Shown here piece by piece: positions 37,343-46,407 of a stretch of 53,929 nucleotides of DNA (position 1 is the stretch's first letter; the number at the start of each line of letters is the position of its first letter). Source of the DNA: Nocardioidaceae bacterium (GTDB lineage: Bacteria > Actinomycetota > Actinomycetes > Propionibacteriales > Nocardioidaceae); assembly GCA_033850795.1 (NCBI GenBank), contig JAWWPF010000032.1, positions 1-53,929 on the forward strand. The letters are read 5' to 3'. Made by a program: the position numbers and the translations under genes. The notes beneath the pieces are model-generated. The model searched no databases. It saw nothing but the letters and a program-made list of their open reading frames with translations, and had not been told where the DNA came from.

Positions 37343-38289
37343 GGGGGCACGTCTTCTCGGTGGGCATGCGGATCCGGTTCCGCGACGTCACCGTCCGCGA
37401 GGGGGTGCTGCTGCGCGGCGACGCCGGGTGGGGGGAGTTCAGCCCGTTCCTGGAGTACGGCCCCGCGGAGGTGCAGCCCTGGCTCCGTGCCGCTCGCGAG
37501 GCCGCGGACGAGGGCTGGCCCGACCCGCTGCGGGTGACCGTCCCGGTGAACGTGACCGTCCCGGCTGTCGGCCCCGAGCACGCCGCTGCGATCGTCGGGG
37601 ACAGCTCCGGGTGCCGCACGGCGAAGGTCAAGGTGGCCGAGCCCGGACAGAGCCTCGGCGACGAGGTCGCCCGGCTGGAGGCGGTCCGGGACGCGCTCGG
37701 ACCGGGCGGCCGCATCCGGATCGACGTCAACGGCCTGTGGTCCGTGGACGAGGCGGTGACGCTGATCCCGGTGCTGGACCGGGCGGCCGGCGGGCTGGAG
37801 TACGTGGAGCAGCCGTGTGCCGCGGTGGAGGACCTGGCGGCGGTGCGGCGCCGCGTGGACGTTCCGATCGCCGCCGACGAGTCGATCCGGCGGGCCGAGG
37901 ACCCACTCCGGGTCAGGGACCTGGAGGCCGCCGACGTCGCGGTGCTCAAGGTCCAGCCCCTCGGCGGGGTGCGGGCGTGCCTGCGGATCGCGGAGGACAT
38001 CGGGATGCCGGTCGTGGTGTCCAGCGCCCTCGAGACCAGTGTGGGGATCGCCGCCGGGCTCGCGCTGGCCGCCGCGCTGCCCGACCTTCCGTTCGCGTGC
38101 GGCCTGGCCACTGTGCAGCTGCTCACCGACGATCTGGTCGTGCACTCCCTGCTCCCGCTGGACGGTGAGCTGCCGGTCGTGCGGCCCGAGGTGGACCCGG
38201 ACGCACTGGTCCGCACCCAGGCGCCTCCTGACCGGGTGGAGCACTGGCGGCGGCGGGTGACGGAGCTCGCTCCGGACGCACCGGCATGA
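37339..38289 (+). CDS. menC: o-Succinylbenzoate synthase
   Basis: GEFSPF, VNVTVP, AKVKV, RIDVNG, EQP, DES, LKVQPLGG. Confidence 0.93.
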   Translation: MRGHVFSVGMRIRFRDVTVREGVLLRGDAGWGEFSPFLEYGPAEVQPWLRAAREAADEGWPDPLRVTVPVNVTVPAVGPEHAAAIVGDSSGCRTAKVKVAEPGQSLGDEVARLEAVRDALGPGGRIRIDVNGLWSVDEAVTLIPVLDRAAGGLEYVEQPCAAVEDLAAVRRRVDVPIAADESIRRAEDPLRVRDLEAADVAVLKVQPLGGVRACLRIAEDIGMPVVVSSALETSVGIAAGLALAAALPDLPFACGLATVQLLTDDLVVHSLLPLDGELPVVRPEVDPDALVRTQAPPDRVEHWRRRVTELAPDAPA

Positions 38290-39989
38290 CCCCGGCCAAC
38301 GCCTCGAGCGCGATGGCCACGGTGCTGCTCGACGAGCTGGTCCGGTGCGGCGTGCGTGACCTGGTCCTCGCGCCGGGGTCCCGGAGCGCGGCGCTGGCCT
38401 TCGCCGCCTTCGACGCACGGGATCGCCTTCGCCTGCACACCCGCGTCGACGAGCGCTCCGCGGCCTTCCTCGCCCTCGGCATCGCCCGGACCAGCAGACG
38501 CCCGGTCGTCGTGGTCACCACGAGCGGCACGGCGGTGGCGAACCTGCACCCGGCCGTGCTCGAGGCGTCCCACGCCGGCATACCGCTGCTCCTGGTGACC
38601 GCCGACCGTCCCGCGCGGCTGCGGGGCAGCAACGCCAACCAGACCACCGACCAGGTCGGCATCTTCGGGTCCGCCGTCCGCGACGCCGCCGACGTGCCCG
38701 CGGCGCACCCGGGCAGCGGCGAGGTCGAGGTCCGGCAGGTGGCCGCCTGGCGTGCGCTCGCCGCGCGGGCCTCGGCCACCGCACGCGGGCGGCTGCCGGG
38801 ACGGCTCGGCAGCCGGCCCGGACCGGTGCACCTCAACGTGCAGTTCGAGGAGCCTCTGACCCCCGGCGCCGAGGACGGTTGGGGCAGTGCCCTCGACGGA
38901 CGCACCGAGCAGGAGCCATGGATGGTCCCTGGGCGGCCGCCGGCGGCGGAGCCCGAGGAGCTCGACCCGGCACCGCGGACCGTCGTGGTGGCCGGCGACG
39001 ACGCAGGCCCCCCGGCGCGCATGCTCGCGGAGACCGCGGGGTGGCCGCTGCTGGCCGAGCCCACGAGCGGGTCGAGGACCGGAGCGGCCGTGATCCGCAC
39101 CTACCGGCTGCTGCTCGGCGACGAGCGGCTCGCGGGCCGGGTCCAGCGCGTCGTCCTGTTCGGGCACCCCACCCTGTCCCGGCCGGTCACCCGGCTGCTC
39201 GCCCGCGACGACGTCGAGGTCGTCGCCGTGACCGGGCCCTCCGGGTGGTCCGACCCGGGTCTGCAGGCCAGCCGGGTGGTGCACGCGGTGACGGCGTCCC
39301 CCGCCCAGCCGGACTCCTGGACCGAGGAGTGGCGACAGCGCGACGCCGACGTGTCCAAGCGCCTCGACGCCCTGCTCGCCGAGCAGGAGGGCCTCACGCC
39401 GTACGACGTCGCGGCGGCGGTCAGCGCGGCCGTGCCGGCCGGAGGGCTGCTGTTCGTCGGCGCCTCCAACCCGGTCCGTGACCTGGACCTGTCCGTGGCG
39501 CCCTACCGGGTCGGTGAGCGGCGCATGGTGATCGGGAACCGTGGCCTCGCGGGCATCGACGGGTCCGTGTCCAGCGCCGTCGGAGCCGCGCTGGGGCGGC
39601 CCAGCAGCACCCGGGCGATCGCCCTGCTCGGCGACGTGACCTTCCTGCACGACGCGAACGGGCTCGTGCTGGGCCCCGACGAGGAGCGCCCCGACCTGAC
39701 GGTGGTCGTGGTCAACGACGACGGGGGCTCGATCTTCGCCTCGCTGGAGCAGGGCGCCGAGCGCTACGCGCCGGCCTACGACCGGCTCTTCGGCACCCCG
39801 CACGGCGTCGACCTGGCGAGCCTCTGCGCCGCCACCCGGACCCCGCACTGGCAGGTGCGGTCGCCGGCCGAGCTGCGGCACGCGTTGAGCAGTCCCGCCG
39901 GCGGGATCGAGGTGCTCGAGGCCGTCGTACGGCGCGACAACCGCAGGGACCTCGACGCCCGGATCCGGGCACTCGCCACCGCCCCCTGA
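38286..39989 (+). CDS. menD: SEPHCHC synthase
   Basis: PGSRS, DERSAAF, TSGTA, TADRP, NRGLAGIDG, GDVTFLHD, NDDGGSIF. Confidence 0.96.
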   Translation: MTPANASSAMATVLLDELVRCGVRDLVLAPGSRSAALAFAAFDARDRLRLHTRVDERSAAFLALGIARTSRRPVVVVTTSGTAVANLHPAVLEASHAGIPLLLVTADRPARLRGSNANQTTDQVGIFGSAVRDAADVPAAHPGSGEVEVRQVAAWRALAARASATARGRLPGRLGSRPGPVHLNVQFEEPLTPGAEDGWGSALDGRTEQEPWMVPGRPPAAEPEELDPAPRTVVVAGDDAGPPARMLAETAGWPLLAEPTSGSRTGAAVIRTYRLLLGDERLAGRVQRVVLFGHPTLSRPVTRLLARDDVEVVAVTGPSGWSDPGLQASRVVHAVTASPAQPDSWTEEWRQRDADVSKRLDALLAEQEGLTPYDVAAAVSAAVPAGGLLFVGASNPVRDLDLSVAPYRVGERRMVIGNRGLAGIDGSVSSAVGAALGRPSSTRAIALLGDVTFLHDANGLVLGPDEERPDLTVVVVNDDGGSIFASLEQGAERYAPAYDRLFGTPHGVDLASLCAATRTPHWQVRSPAELRHALSSPAGGIEVLEAVVRRDNRRDLDARIRALATAP

Positions 39990-40041
39990 GTGCGCAACGG
40001 CGATCAAGCGGCCCTCCGGACGAAACCGTCAGGATGAGGAC

Positions 40042-40962
40042 ATGACCGCAGCCGCCGACCACTTCACCAGCTTCCTCGAGCTGCTGGCCGAGGTTCTCGA
40101 CGACCACGAGGCCACTGCTGAGCAGCTCGCTGCTCGGCTGTACCTCTCCCGGTTCCACCTCGACCGCATCGTCGCCTCCGTCGCGGGTGAGCCGCCCAGC
40201 CGGTTCCGGCGGCGCATCCTGCTGGAACGAGCCGCCTACCGCCTCGCGACCACCGATCGGAGCATCCTCGACGTGGCGGTCGAGGCCGGCTACGGGTCGC
40301 ACGAGGCGTTCACCCGGGCCTTCACCAAGGCCTACGGCGTGCCCCCCGGCCGGTGGCGGGCCGGACCGACCCGGATGACGCTCGACGCACCGAGCGACGT
40401 CCACTTCCATCCCCCCGGCAGCCTGAGGCTGCCTGCCCGAACGAAGGTGACCCCCATGGACCTGCTGACCAAGATGGTCGAGCACCACGTCTGGCTGACC
40501 GGCGAGATCATCGAGCACGCCGCCGGACTGACCGAGGAGCAGCTCGACGAACGCATCGAGCTCAACGTCGAGGACGACCCCGCACCCACCACGCTCCGGC
40601 GGCTGATGTCGCGGCTGGTCGGCCAGATGGGCATGTGGAACGCGGCCCTGGCCCACCGCGCCTACGACTGGTCGGTGGAGGAGCACGAGACGCTCGACTC
40701 GCTGCGGCAGCGGCTGGCGACCGAGGGACCGGCGTACCTGTCCGCCGTCCGGTCCGTCGCCGAGGAGGGCCGCCTCGACGACACGTTCGTCGACGCACTG
40801 TGCGAGCCGGCCGAGGTGTTCACCTACGGCGGCATGATCGCCCACGTGCTGACCTTCGCCGCCCACCGCCGGACCCTGGCCGTGCTCGCCCTCGACAAGC
40901 ACGGGGTCGGCGACCTCGGCTGGGGCGACCCGATGCGGTGGGTCGCGGAGGCCCGGACCTGA
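40042..40962 (+). CDS. AraC-type HTH regulator fused to a C-terminal DinB-like domain
   Basis: N-terminal double HTH (LSRFHLDR...LERAA..L...ILDVAVEAGYGSHEAFTRAF...PP); C-terminal helical domain EHHVW...AHVLTFAAHRR. Confidence 0.85.
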   Translation: MTAAADHFTSFLELLAEVLDDHEATAEQLAARLYLSRFHLDRIVASVAGEPPSRFRRRILLERAAYRLATTDRSILDVAVEAGYGSHEAFTRAFTKAYGVPPGRWRAGPTRMTLDAPSDVHFHPPGSLRLPARTKVTPMDLLTKMVEHHVWLTGEIIEHAAGLTEEQLDERIELNVEDDPAPTTLRRLMSRLVGQMGMWNAALAHRAYDWSVEEHETLDSLRQRLATEGPAYLSAVRSVAEEGRLDDTFVDALCEPAEVFTYGGMIAHVLTFAAHRRTLAVLALDKHGVGDLGWGDPMRWVAEART

Positions 40963-40996
40963 CGGGCGGCTCGCCGCCGGTTGGTTGAATGGGGCC

Positions 40997-42877
40997 GTGC
41001 ACCTCGCCCTCTCACTCGCGGCGCTCGCGGTCGCCGTCATCTTCGTGGTGGGGGTGTGCCGACGCCTGGACCTCCCCGCGCCGATCGTCCTGGTGGCGGT
41101 CGGTGCGGCCGGGTCCTCCCTTCCGTTCGTCCCGCAGGTGCACCTCACCGCCGAGGTGGTCCTGGTGGGTCTGCTCCCGCCGCTGCTGTACTCGGCCGCC
41201 CTGCAGACCTCGCTCGTGGACTTCAACGCCAACCGCCGCGCGATCCTGCTGCTCTCGATCGGCCTGGTGGCCTTCACGACCGTTGGCGTGGCCGTGACCG
41301 CCTACTACGTCCTCCCGGCGATCAGCTGGCCGGCGGCGTTCGCGCTCGGGGCCGTGGTGGCCCCGCCGGATGCCGTCTCGGCGACGGCCATCGCGCGGCG
41401 GATCGGGATACCGCGACGGATCGTCACGGTCCTGGAGGGTGAGTCGCTGCTGAACGACGCCACGGCGCTGGTCGCCCTGCGGACCGCCATCGGGCTCGGC
41501 GGCAGCGTCACCGTGCTCGGGGTCGGGCTCGACTTCGTGAAGGCCGCGGGCGGCGGGATCGTGGTGGGGCTGGGGCTGTACCTGCTCGTCGGGCTGGTGC
41601 GCAAGCACGTCGCCGACGCGGTCATCGACACCAGCCTGTCGCTGGTCACGCCCTTCGTGGCCTACGTGGCCGCGGAGGAGATCCACGGCTCGGGGGTGCT
41701 CGCCGTGGTGGTCGCCGGGCTGCTGCTCGGGCACCGCGCCCCGGTCCTGCAGACCGCCGGCTCGCGGATCGCCGAGCGGCTGAACTGGCGGACCATCTCG
41801 TTCCTGCTGGAGAACTCGGTCTTCCTCCTCATCGGGCTGCAGGCGCGCTCGATCATCGCGGACGTCGAGGCCAGCGCGGTGCCGATGCTCGACGTGGTGA
41901 AGCTCTGTGTGGCGACCTTCCTCGCGGTCGTCGTACTCCGGCTGGTGTGGGTGTTCCCGGCGCGGTTCCTCCTGGTCCGTCCGGGCCCGGACCCGGACAC
42001 CGGCCGGCACCCGTCCTGGCAGTACACCGCCGTGCTCGGGTGGGCCGGGATGCGCGGCGTCGTCACCCTCGCCGCGGCGTTCGCGATCCCCGGCCGCTTC
42101 GCGTACCGCGAGACGCTGATCCTCACCGCCCTCGTCGTCGCCGCCGGCACGTTGTTCCTCCAGGGCTCGACGCTGCCCTGGCTGGTCCGTCGGCTGCGGC
42201 TGCCCCCGCCCGACCCGCGTGAGGACGCGCTGGCTCGCGCTGCCCTGTTCGAGAAGGCGAGCGCAGCGGGACTGTCCCGGCTCGAGGAGCACGTCGGGGA
42301 CGAGGACCCCTTCGACACCGTGGGCGCGCTGCGGACCCGGGCCGCCCAGCGGAACACCGCCGCGTGGGAGCGGCTCGGCGGCACGAGCAGCGACGAGGAG
42401 ACCCCGAGCGAGGCGTACTCCCGGCTGCGGCTGGAGATGCTGGACGCGGAGCGCGAGAAGGTCCTGCAGGTCCGCGGCACCGGTGCCATCCCGCACGAGG
42501 TGGTCGAGGACGTGCTCACCGCCCTCGACGTCGAGGAGTCGATGCTCGACATCCGCACCCAGCGGCGGGCCGAGCTGGAGGAGGCGGGCACGGTCAAGGG
42601 CGTGGCCGGCACGATCAGCGCCTGCGAGCACTTGGAGGGCGCGCCGAGGGACGTCGAGTCCGCCGTCGAGGGCGAGTGCGAGGACTGCGTCCGGGACGGC
42701 TTCACGTCGTGGGTGCACCTCCGCAAGTGCCTGACCTGCGGCCACATCGCCTGCTGCGACTCCTCGCCCCGCCGGCACGCGACGGCCCACTACGAGGACC
42801 GCCAGCACCCGGTGATGCGGTCGGCCGAGCCGGGTGAGGAGTGGCGGTGGTGCTTCGTCGACAGCCGCCTCGGCTGA
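40997..42877 (+). CDS. CPA1 (NhaP/NhaG-type) Na+/H+ antiporter with C-terminal UBP-type zinc finger
   Basis: LPPLL, PPDAV, EGESLLNDA, GMRGVV; C-terminal CEH...CEDC...C..CGHIACCDSSPRRHATAH...WRWC. Confidence 0.92.
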   Translation: MHLALSLAALAVAVIFVVGVCRRLDLPAPIVLVAVGAAGSSLPFVPQVHLTAEVVLVGLLPPLLYSAALQTSLVDFNANRRAILLLSIGLVAFTTVGVAVTAYYVLPAISWPAAFALGAVVAPPDAVSATAIARRIGIPRRIVTVLEGESLLNDATALVALRTAIGLGGSVTVLGVGLDFVKAAGGGIVVGLGLYLLVGLVRKHVADAVIDTSLSLVTPFVAYVAAEEIHGSGVLAVVVAGLLLGHRAPVLQTAGSRIAERLNWRTISFLLENSVFLLIGLQARSIIADVEASAVPMLDVVKLCVATFLAVVVLRLVWVFPARFLLVRPGPDPDTGRHPSWQYTAVLGWAGMRGVVTLAAAFAIPGRFAYRETLILTALVVAAGTLFLQGSTLPWLVRRLRLPPPDPREDALARAALFEKASAAGLSRLEEHVGDEDPFDTVGALRTRAAQRNTAAWERLGGTSSDEETPSEAYSRLRLEMLDAEREKVLQVRGTGAIPHEVVEDVLTALDVEESMLDIRTQRRAELEEAGTVKGVAGTISACEHLEGAPRDVESAVEGECEDCVRDGFTSWVHLRKCLTCGHIACCDSSPRRHATAHYEDRQHPVMRSAEPGEEWRWCFVDSRLG

Positions 42878-42888
42878 CTGTCGCCCTC

Positions 42889-42942
42889 GTTGAGACGGCA
42901 GTGATTCCCGTCGAAGCGGCTGTAGTTTCCGGTTGATGCGGT
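42889..42942 (+). repeat. 21-bp-period degenerate repeat GT(T/C)GANNCGG, copy A
   Basis: Units start at 42889, 42910 and 42932, just after the antiporter stop. Confidence 0.6.
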
Positions 42943-43300
42943 GGGGCGTTGCGAGCGCAGTCCCGTCCCTGGTCATCGGCAGGGAGTATGGCGCCGCCGA
43001 ATCGACAACCGCCCGGACGGGCACTCCAGGCGGATGCCAACCGGTTTGTACCGGTTGTGGGGCCTTTGGTCGGCCCTCGTGCACGTCCGAGGGGTTCTCG
43101 GAGCAGCGCGGATCCAGCTCGAGGGTGCTTCGTGCCGACGCGACGCGTCTCGTAGCTCCGAGGCCGTGGCTGGACGCCACTCCAGTGCGCGGTGAGCGCC
43201 GATGCCGGGCACCCGCACATGCGCGGATAGCCGCTGCGGTCGGGGGTTCGGCGCGCCAGGCCCTCGCGGAGGGTCACCTCTCGCGCACTAGGTTCGGTCC

Positions 43301-43942
43301 ATGAGGATCACCAAGTTCGGCCACGCCTGCGTCCGCATCGAGCACGACGACACCGTGGTGGTGCTGGATCCGGGCGCCTTCACGGAGCGGGAGGCCGTCG
43401 AGGGGGCGACCGCCGTACTCGTGACGCACGAGCACGCCGACCACCTGCACGTCGAGCACCTGGCCGCGACCGACGCGCCGGTCTACACCATCGAGGCGGT
43501 CCGGGACCAGATCGCCTCGGCGGACCCGGCGGTCGCCGAGCGGGTGCAAGTCGTCTCGCCAGGCGAGCAGGTCGACGTCGGGATCCCGGTGACCACGCTC
43601 GGCGAGCTGCACGCGGTGATCCACGAGGACCTGCCGCGCTTCCGCAACAGCGGCTTCGTGGTGGACGTGGGCGGCACCAGGATCTACCACCCCGGCGACT
43701 CCTTCACGCCGGCAGGCGGTCCGGTGGACTTGCTCCTGCTGCCGATACATGCGCCGTGGAGCAAGATCTCGGAGATCATCGACTTCGCCCGCTCCGTCGG
43801 CGCCCGGCGCTCGGTCGCCGTGCACGACGGGCTCTTGAACGACACCGGCCTCGCCGTCGTCAACCGCAACCTCAGCACCCTGCTCGACGGCGACGACCAC
43901 CAGTACGCCCGGGTCCAGCCCGGGGAGGACATCACCCTCTGA
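43301..43942 (+). CDS. MBL-fold metallo-hydrolase
   Basis: GHAC, LDPG, THEHADH, HAVIH, HPGDS, VHD. Confidence 0.92.
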   Translation: MRITKFGHACVRIEHDDTVVVLDPGAFTEREAVEGATAVLVTHEHADHLHVEHLAATDAPVYTIEAVRDQIASADPAVAERVQVVSPGEQVDVGIPVTTLGELHAVIHEDLPRFRNSGFVVDVGGTRIYHPGDSFTPAGGPVDLLLLPIHAPWSKISEIIDFARSVGARRSVAVHDGLLNDTGLAVVNRNLSTLLDGDDHQYARVQPGEDITL

Positions 43943-43948
43943 GCTGCC

Positions 43949-44022
43949 GTTGAGCCGAAGCTCACCTCCGTTGAGGCGGCAGGTGTCTCGGTTGAGGCGG
44001 CGCGTATTCCTCTGACGCGGCG
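43949..44022 (+). repeat. 21-bp-period repeat GTTGAG(G/C)CG, copy B
   Basis: Units start at 43949, 43970 and 43991, with a degenerate unit at 44011, just after the MBL stop. Confidence 0.7.
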
Positions 44023-44147
44023 CGTCTGTTCAGCCACCTTCCGCCGTCTTGTCGTGGCGTTTCGAGCTGTGCTACCCCGGCGGCCCCTCGGCATGGTCAC
44101 TTGGCGCGAGGTGGCGCTCGTGGGACCTTGATGGCTGATCCGTGTGG

Positions 44148-45431
44148 TCAGCCGGCCGTCAGCGCGTCGCGCACCGGCACGAACTTCGCCTGGGCCTCGG
44201 CGAGCTCTGCCTCCGGGACGGAGTCGGCCACGATCCCGCACCCGGCGAACAGCCTGACCTGCGGGCCGGCGACCTCCGCGGACCGGAGCGCGAGGCCCCA
44301 CTCACCGTCGCCGGAAGCGTCCATCCAGCCCACCGGGCCGGCGTAGCGGCCTCGGGCCATCCCCTCGATCTCCGTGATCAGCGCCGTGGCGAGGTCCGTG
44401 GGGGTCCCGCCCACGGCTGCCGACGGGTGCAGGGCCTCGGCCAGGCTCAGCGCGTTGCCGGACCCGGTGGCCCCGTCGACGACCCCGGTCACGTCGGTGG
44501 CCAGGTGCATCACGTTCGGCAGGTGAAGGACGAACGGGGACTCGGGGACGTTCATCGAGGAGCAGTGAGGCGCCAGCGCCTCGGCGACCGAGCGGACCGC
44601 GAGCTCGTGCTCCTCGAGGTCCTTCGACGATCGGGCCAGCGTGGCCGCGAGCGCGAGGTCGTGGGCGTCGTCGCCGGTACGTCGGATGGTGCCGGCGAGC
44701 ACCCGCGAGGTGACCAGCCCCCGCTCGAGGCGGACCAGCATCTCCGGGGTGGCACCGAACAGGCCGTCGACGTGGAAGGTCCAGCACATCGGGTAGTCCT
44801 CGGCCAGCCGCCGCAGCGGCCACCGGACGTCGATGTCCTGCTCGGCGGTGGCGAGCAGGTCGCGGGCGAGGACCACCTTCTCCAGGTCGCCATCCCCGAT
44901 GCGGCGGACCGCCTCGGCGACGGTGTGGACCCAGTCCGGGCCGCTGCGAACCCCGTCGGCGAAGGTCACGCCCTGCGGCGCCTCAGGGCGCGTGGCGGGG
45001 GCGAGAGCCGGGCCCAGTGCACGGGATGATCCGAACGCTCCGACGTCGGTCGTGGTCAGCCAGGTCGAGTCACCCCGTCGTCCGACGACCACCTCGGGCA
45101 CCACCAGGACGCTGTGGCCGGGCTCGTCCGCGAAGGCGAACGACCCGAAGCAGACGAGGCCCGTGCCCGGCCCGCGCACCTCGTCGCGGACCACCGCGCT
45201 CCGCACCCGGTCCGTCCACCAGTCCCTGGCCTCCGCGAACCGATCGGCGCCCGTCGTACGGCAGACCGCGGCGACGCCCCAGCCCACCAGCCCGGCGCCG
45301 CGCCGTACCCACGCGGTCGTGTCGGCACCGTCGGGGAGCAGCGCCAGCAGGGGACCCGGGTCGTCCACGCGCACGGTTCGGACGACCAGCCGCGGGGCCG
45401 GAGCGCCGTCGGGGCTGGAGGGCTCACTCAC
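44148..45431 (-). CDS. menF: Isochorismate synthase
   Basis: [51 protein letters not shown]. Confidence 0.93.
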   Translation of the reverse strand: MSEPSSPDGAPAPRLVVRTVRVDDPGPLLALLPDGADTTAWVRRGAGLVGWGVAAVCRTTGADRFAEARDWWTDRVRSAVVRDEVRGPGTGLVCFGSFAFADEPGHSVLVVPEVVVGRRGDSTWLTTTDVGAFGSSRALGPALAPATRPEAPQGVTFADGVRSGPDWVHTVAEAVRRIGDGDLEKVVLARDLLATAEQDIDVRWPLRRLAEDYPMCWTFHVDGLFGATPEMLVRLERGLVTSRVLAGTIRRTGDDAHDLALAATLARSSKDLEEHELAVRSVAEALAPHCSSMNVPESPFVLHLPNVMHLATDVTGVVDGATGSGNALSLAEALHPSAAVGGTPTDLATALITEIEGMARGRYAGPVGWMDASGDGEWGLALRSAEVAGPQVRLFAGCGIVADSVPEAELAEAQAKFVPVRDALTAG

Positions 45432-45469
45432 GCGCGAAGCCTACGGGTCCAGACCCTAGGCTGGCCTGC

Positions 45470-46159
45470 GTGACCCGTGCGCAGCTCGACAAGCAGCCGG
45501 CCGACGTGGCGGCCATGTTCGACGCCGTGGCGCGCCGCTACGACCTGACCAACGACGTCCTGTCGCTCGGTCAGGACCGGCGGTGGCGCAGGGCGGTCGT
45601 CGAGGCCGTCGACCCCCTGCCCGGCCAGGTGGTGCTCGACCTCGCGGCCGGGACGGGTACGTCGAGCCAGCCGTTCGCGGACCGCGGCGTCCACGTCGTA
45701 CCGTGCGACTTCTCGCTCGGGATGCTGCGGGAGGGCAAGCGGGCCCGACCCCTCCTGGGGTTCACGGCGGGCGATGCCACCCGGCTGCCCTTCGACGACG
45801 ACACCTTCGACGCGGTCACGATCTCGTTCGGGTTGCGCAACATCGTGGACCCGGACGCCGGGCTCCGCGAGATGCTGCGGGTCACCCGGCCGGGGGGACG
45901 GCTGGTGGTCTGCGAGTTCAGCCATCCGACGTGGACGCCGTTCCGGACCGTGTACGTGGAGTACCTGATGCGCGCCCTCCCGTCGATCGCCCGCGCGGTG
46001 TCCTCGAGCCCGGACGCCTACGTGTACCTCGCCGAGTCGATCCGGGGCTGGCCGGACCAGGCGGGCCTCGCGGCGCGGATCGCGGCGGCCGGCTGGTCGG
46101 GCCCTCGGTGGCGGAACCTGTCCGGCGGCATCGTGGCGCTGCACCACGCCACCGCCTGA
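45470..46159 (+). CDS. menG: Demethylmenaquinone methyltransferase
   Basis: [40 protein letters not shown]. Confidence 0.95.
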   Translation: MTRAQLDKQPADVAAMFDAVARRYDLTNDVLSLGQDRRWRRAVVEAVDPLPGQVVLDLAAGTGTSSQPFADRGVHVVPCDFSLGMLREGKRARPLLGFTAGDATRLPFDDDTFDAVTISFGLRNIVDPDAGLREMLRVTRPGGRLVVCEFSHPTWTPFRTVYVEYLMRALPSIARAVSSSPDAYVYLAESIRGWPDQAGLAARIAAAGWSGPRWRNLSGGIVALHHATA

Positions 46160-46160
46160 T

Positions 46161-46286
46161 CTCGAGTCGGCCCGTTCGCATGCCTCAACCCGCTCCAGTC
46201 GGCCCGTCCGCATGCCTCGGCTGCCCCTGAGACGTGCGGACGCGCCGGGTCGAGGGGTCTGAGACCTGCGGACGCGCCGGGTCGGC
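46161..46286. repeat. REP/BIME-like element: two 32-bp-period direct units followed by two inverted units
   Basis: ctcgagtcggcccgttcgcatgcctca (46161) and ctccagtcggcccgtccgcatgcctcg (46193), versus tgagacgtgcggacgcgccgggtcgag (46228) and tgagacctgcggacgcgccgggtcggc (46260). Confidence 0.8.
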
Positions 46287-46343
46287 GGGGGGTGGTGGGT
46301 CGCACGATGTGACCCGGGCCTCTAGACTCCTAGGCGTGCCGGT

Positions 46344-46361
46344 TAGTGAAGCATTTCACAA
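46344..46361. promoter_or_regulatory. Rex operator upstream of menJ-nuo
   Basis: TAGTGAAGCATTTCACAA, one mismatch to TTGTGAA-N4-TTCACAA, downstream of the -10 TAGACT at 46323-46328. Confidence 0.82.
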
Positions 46362-46407
46362 GGGCACGTGCAGCTCCGGTTCGACGTCAGTGAACGAGGT
46401 GCCCAGC

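Noticed and set aside
43949-44022. Mini CRISPR array
   Set aside because: Repeat and spacer are each only about 10 nt and degenerate, with no cas genes or leader.
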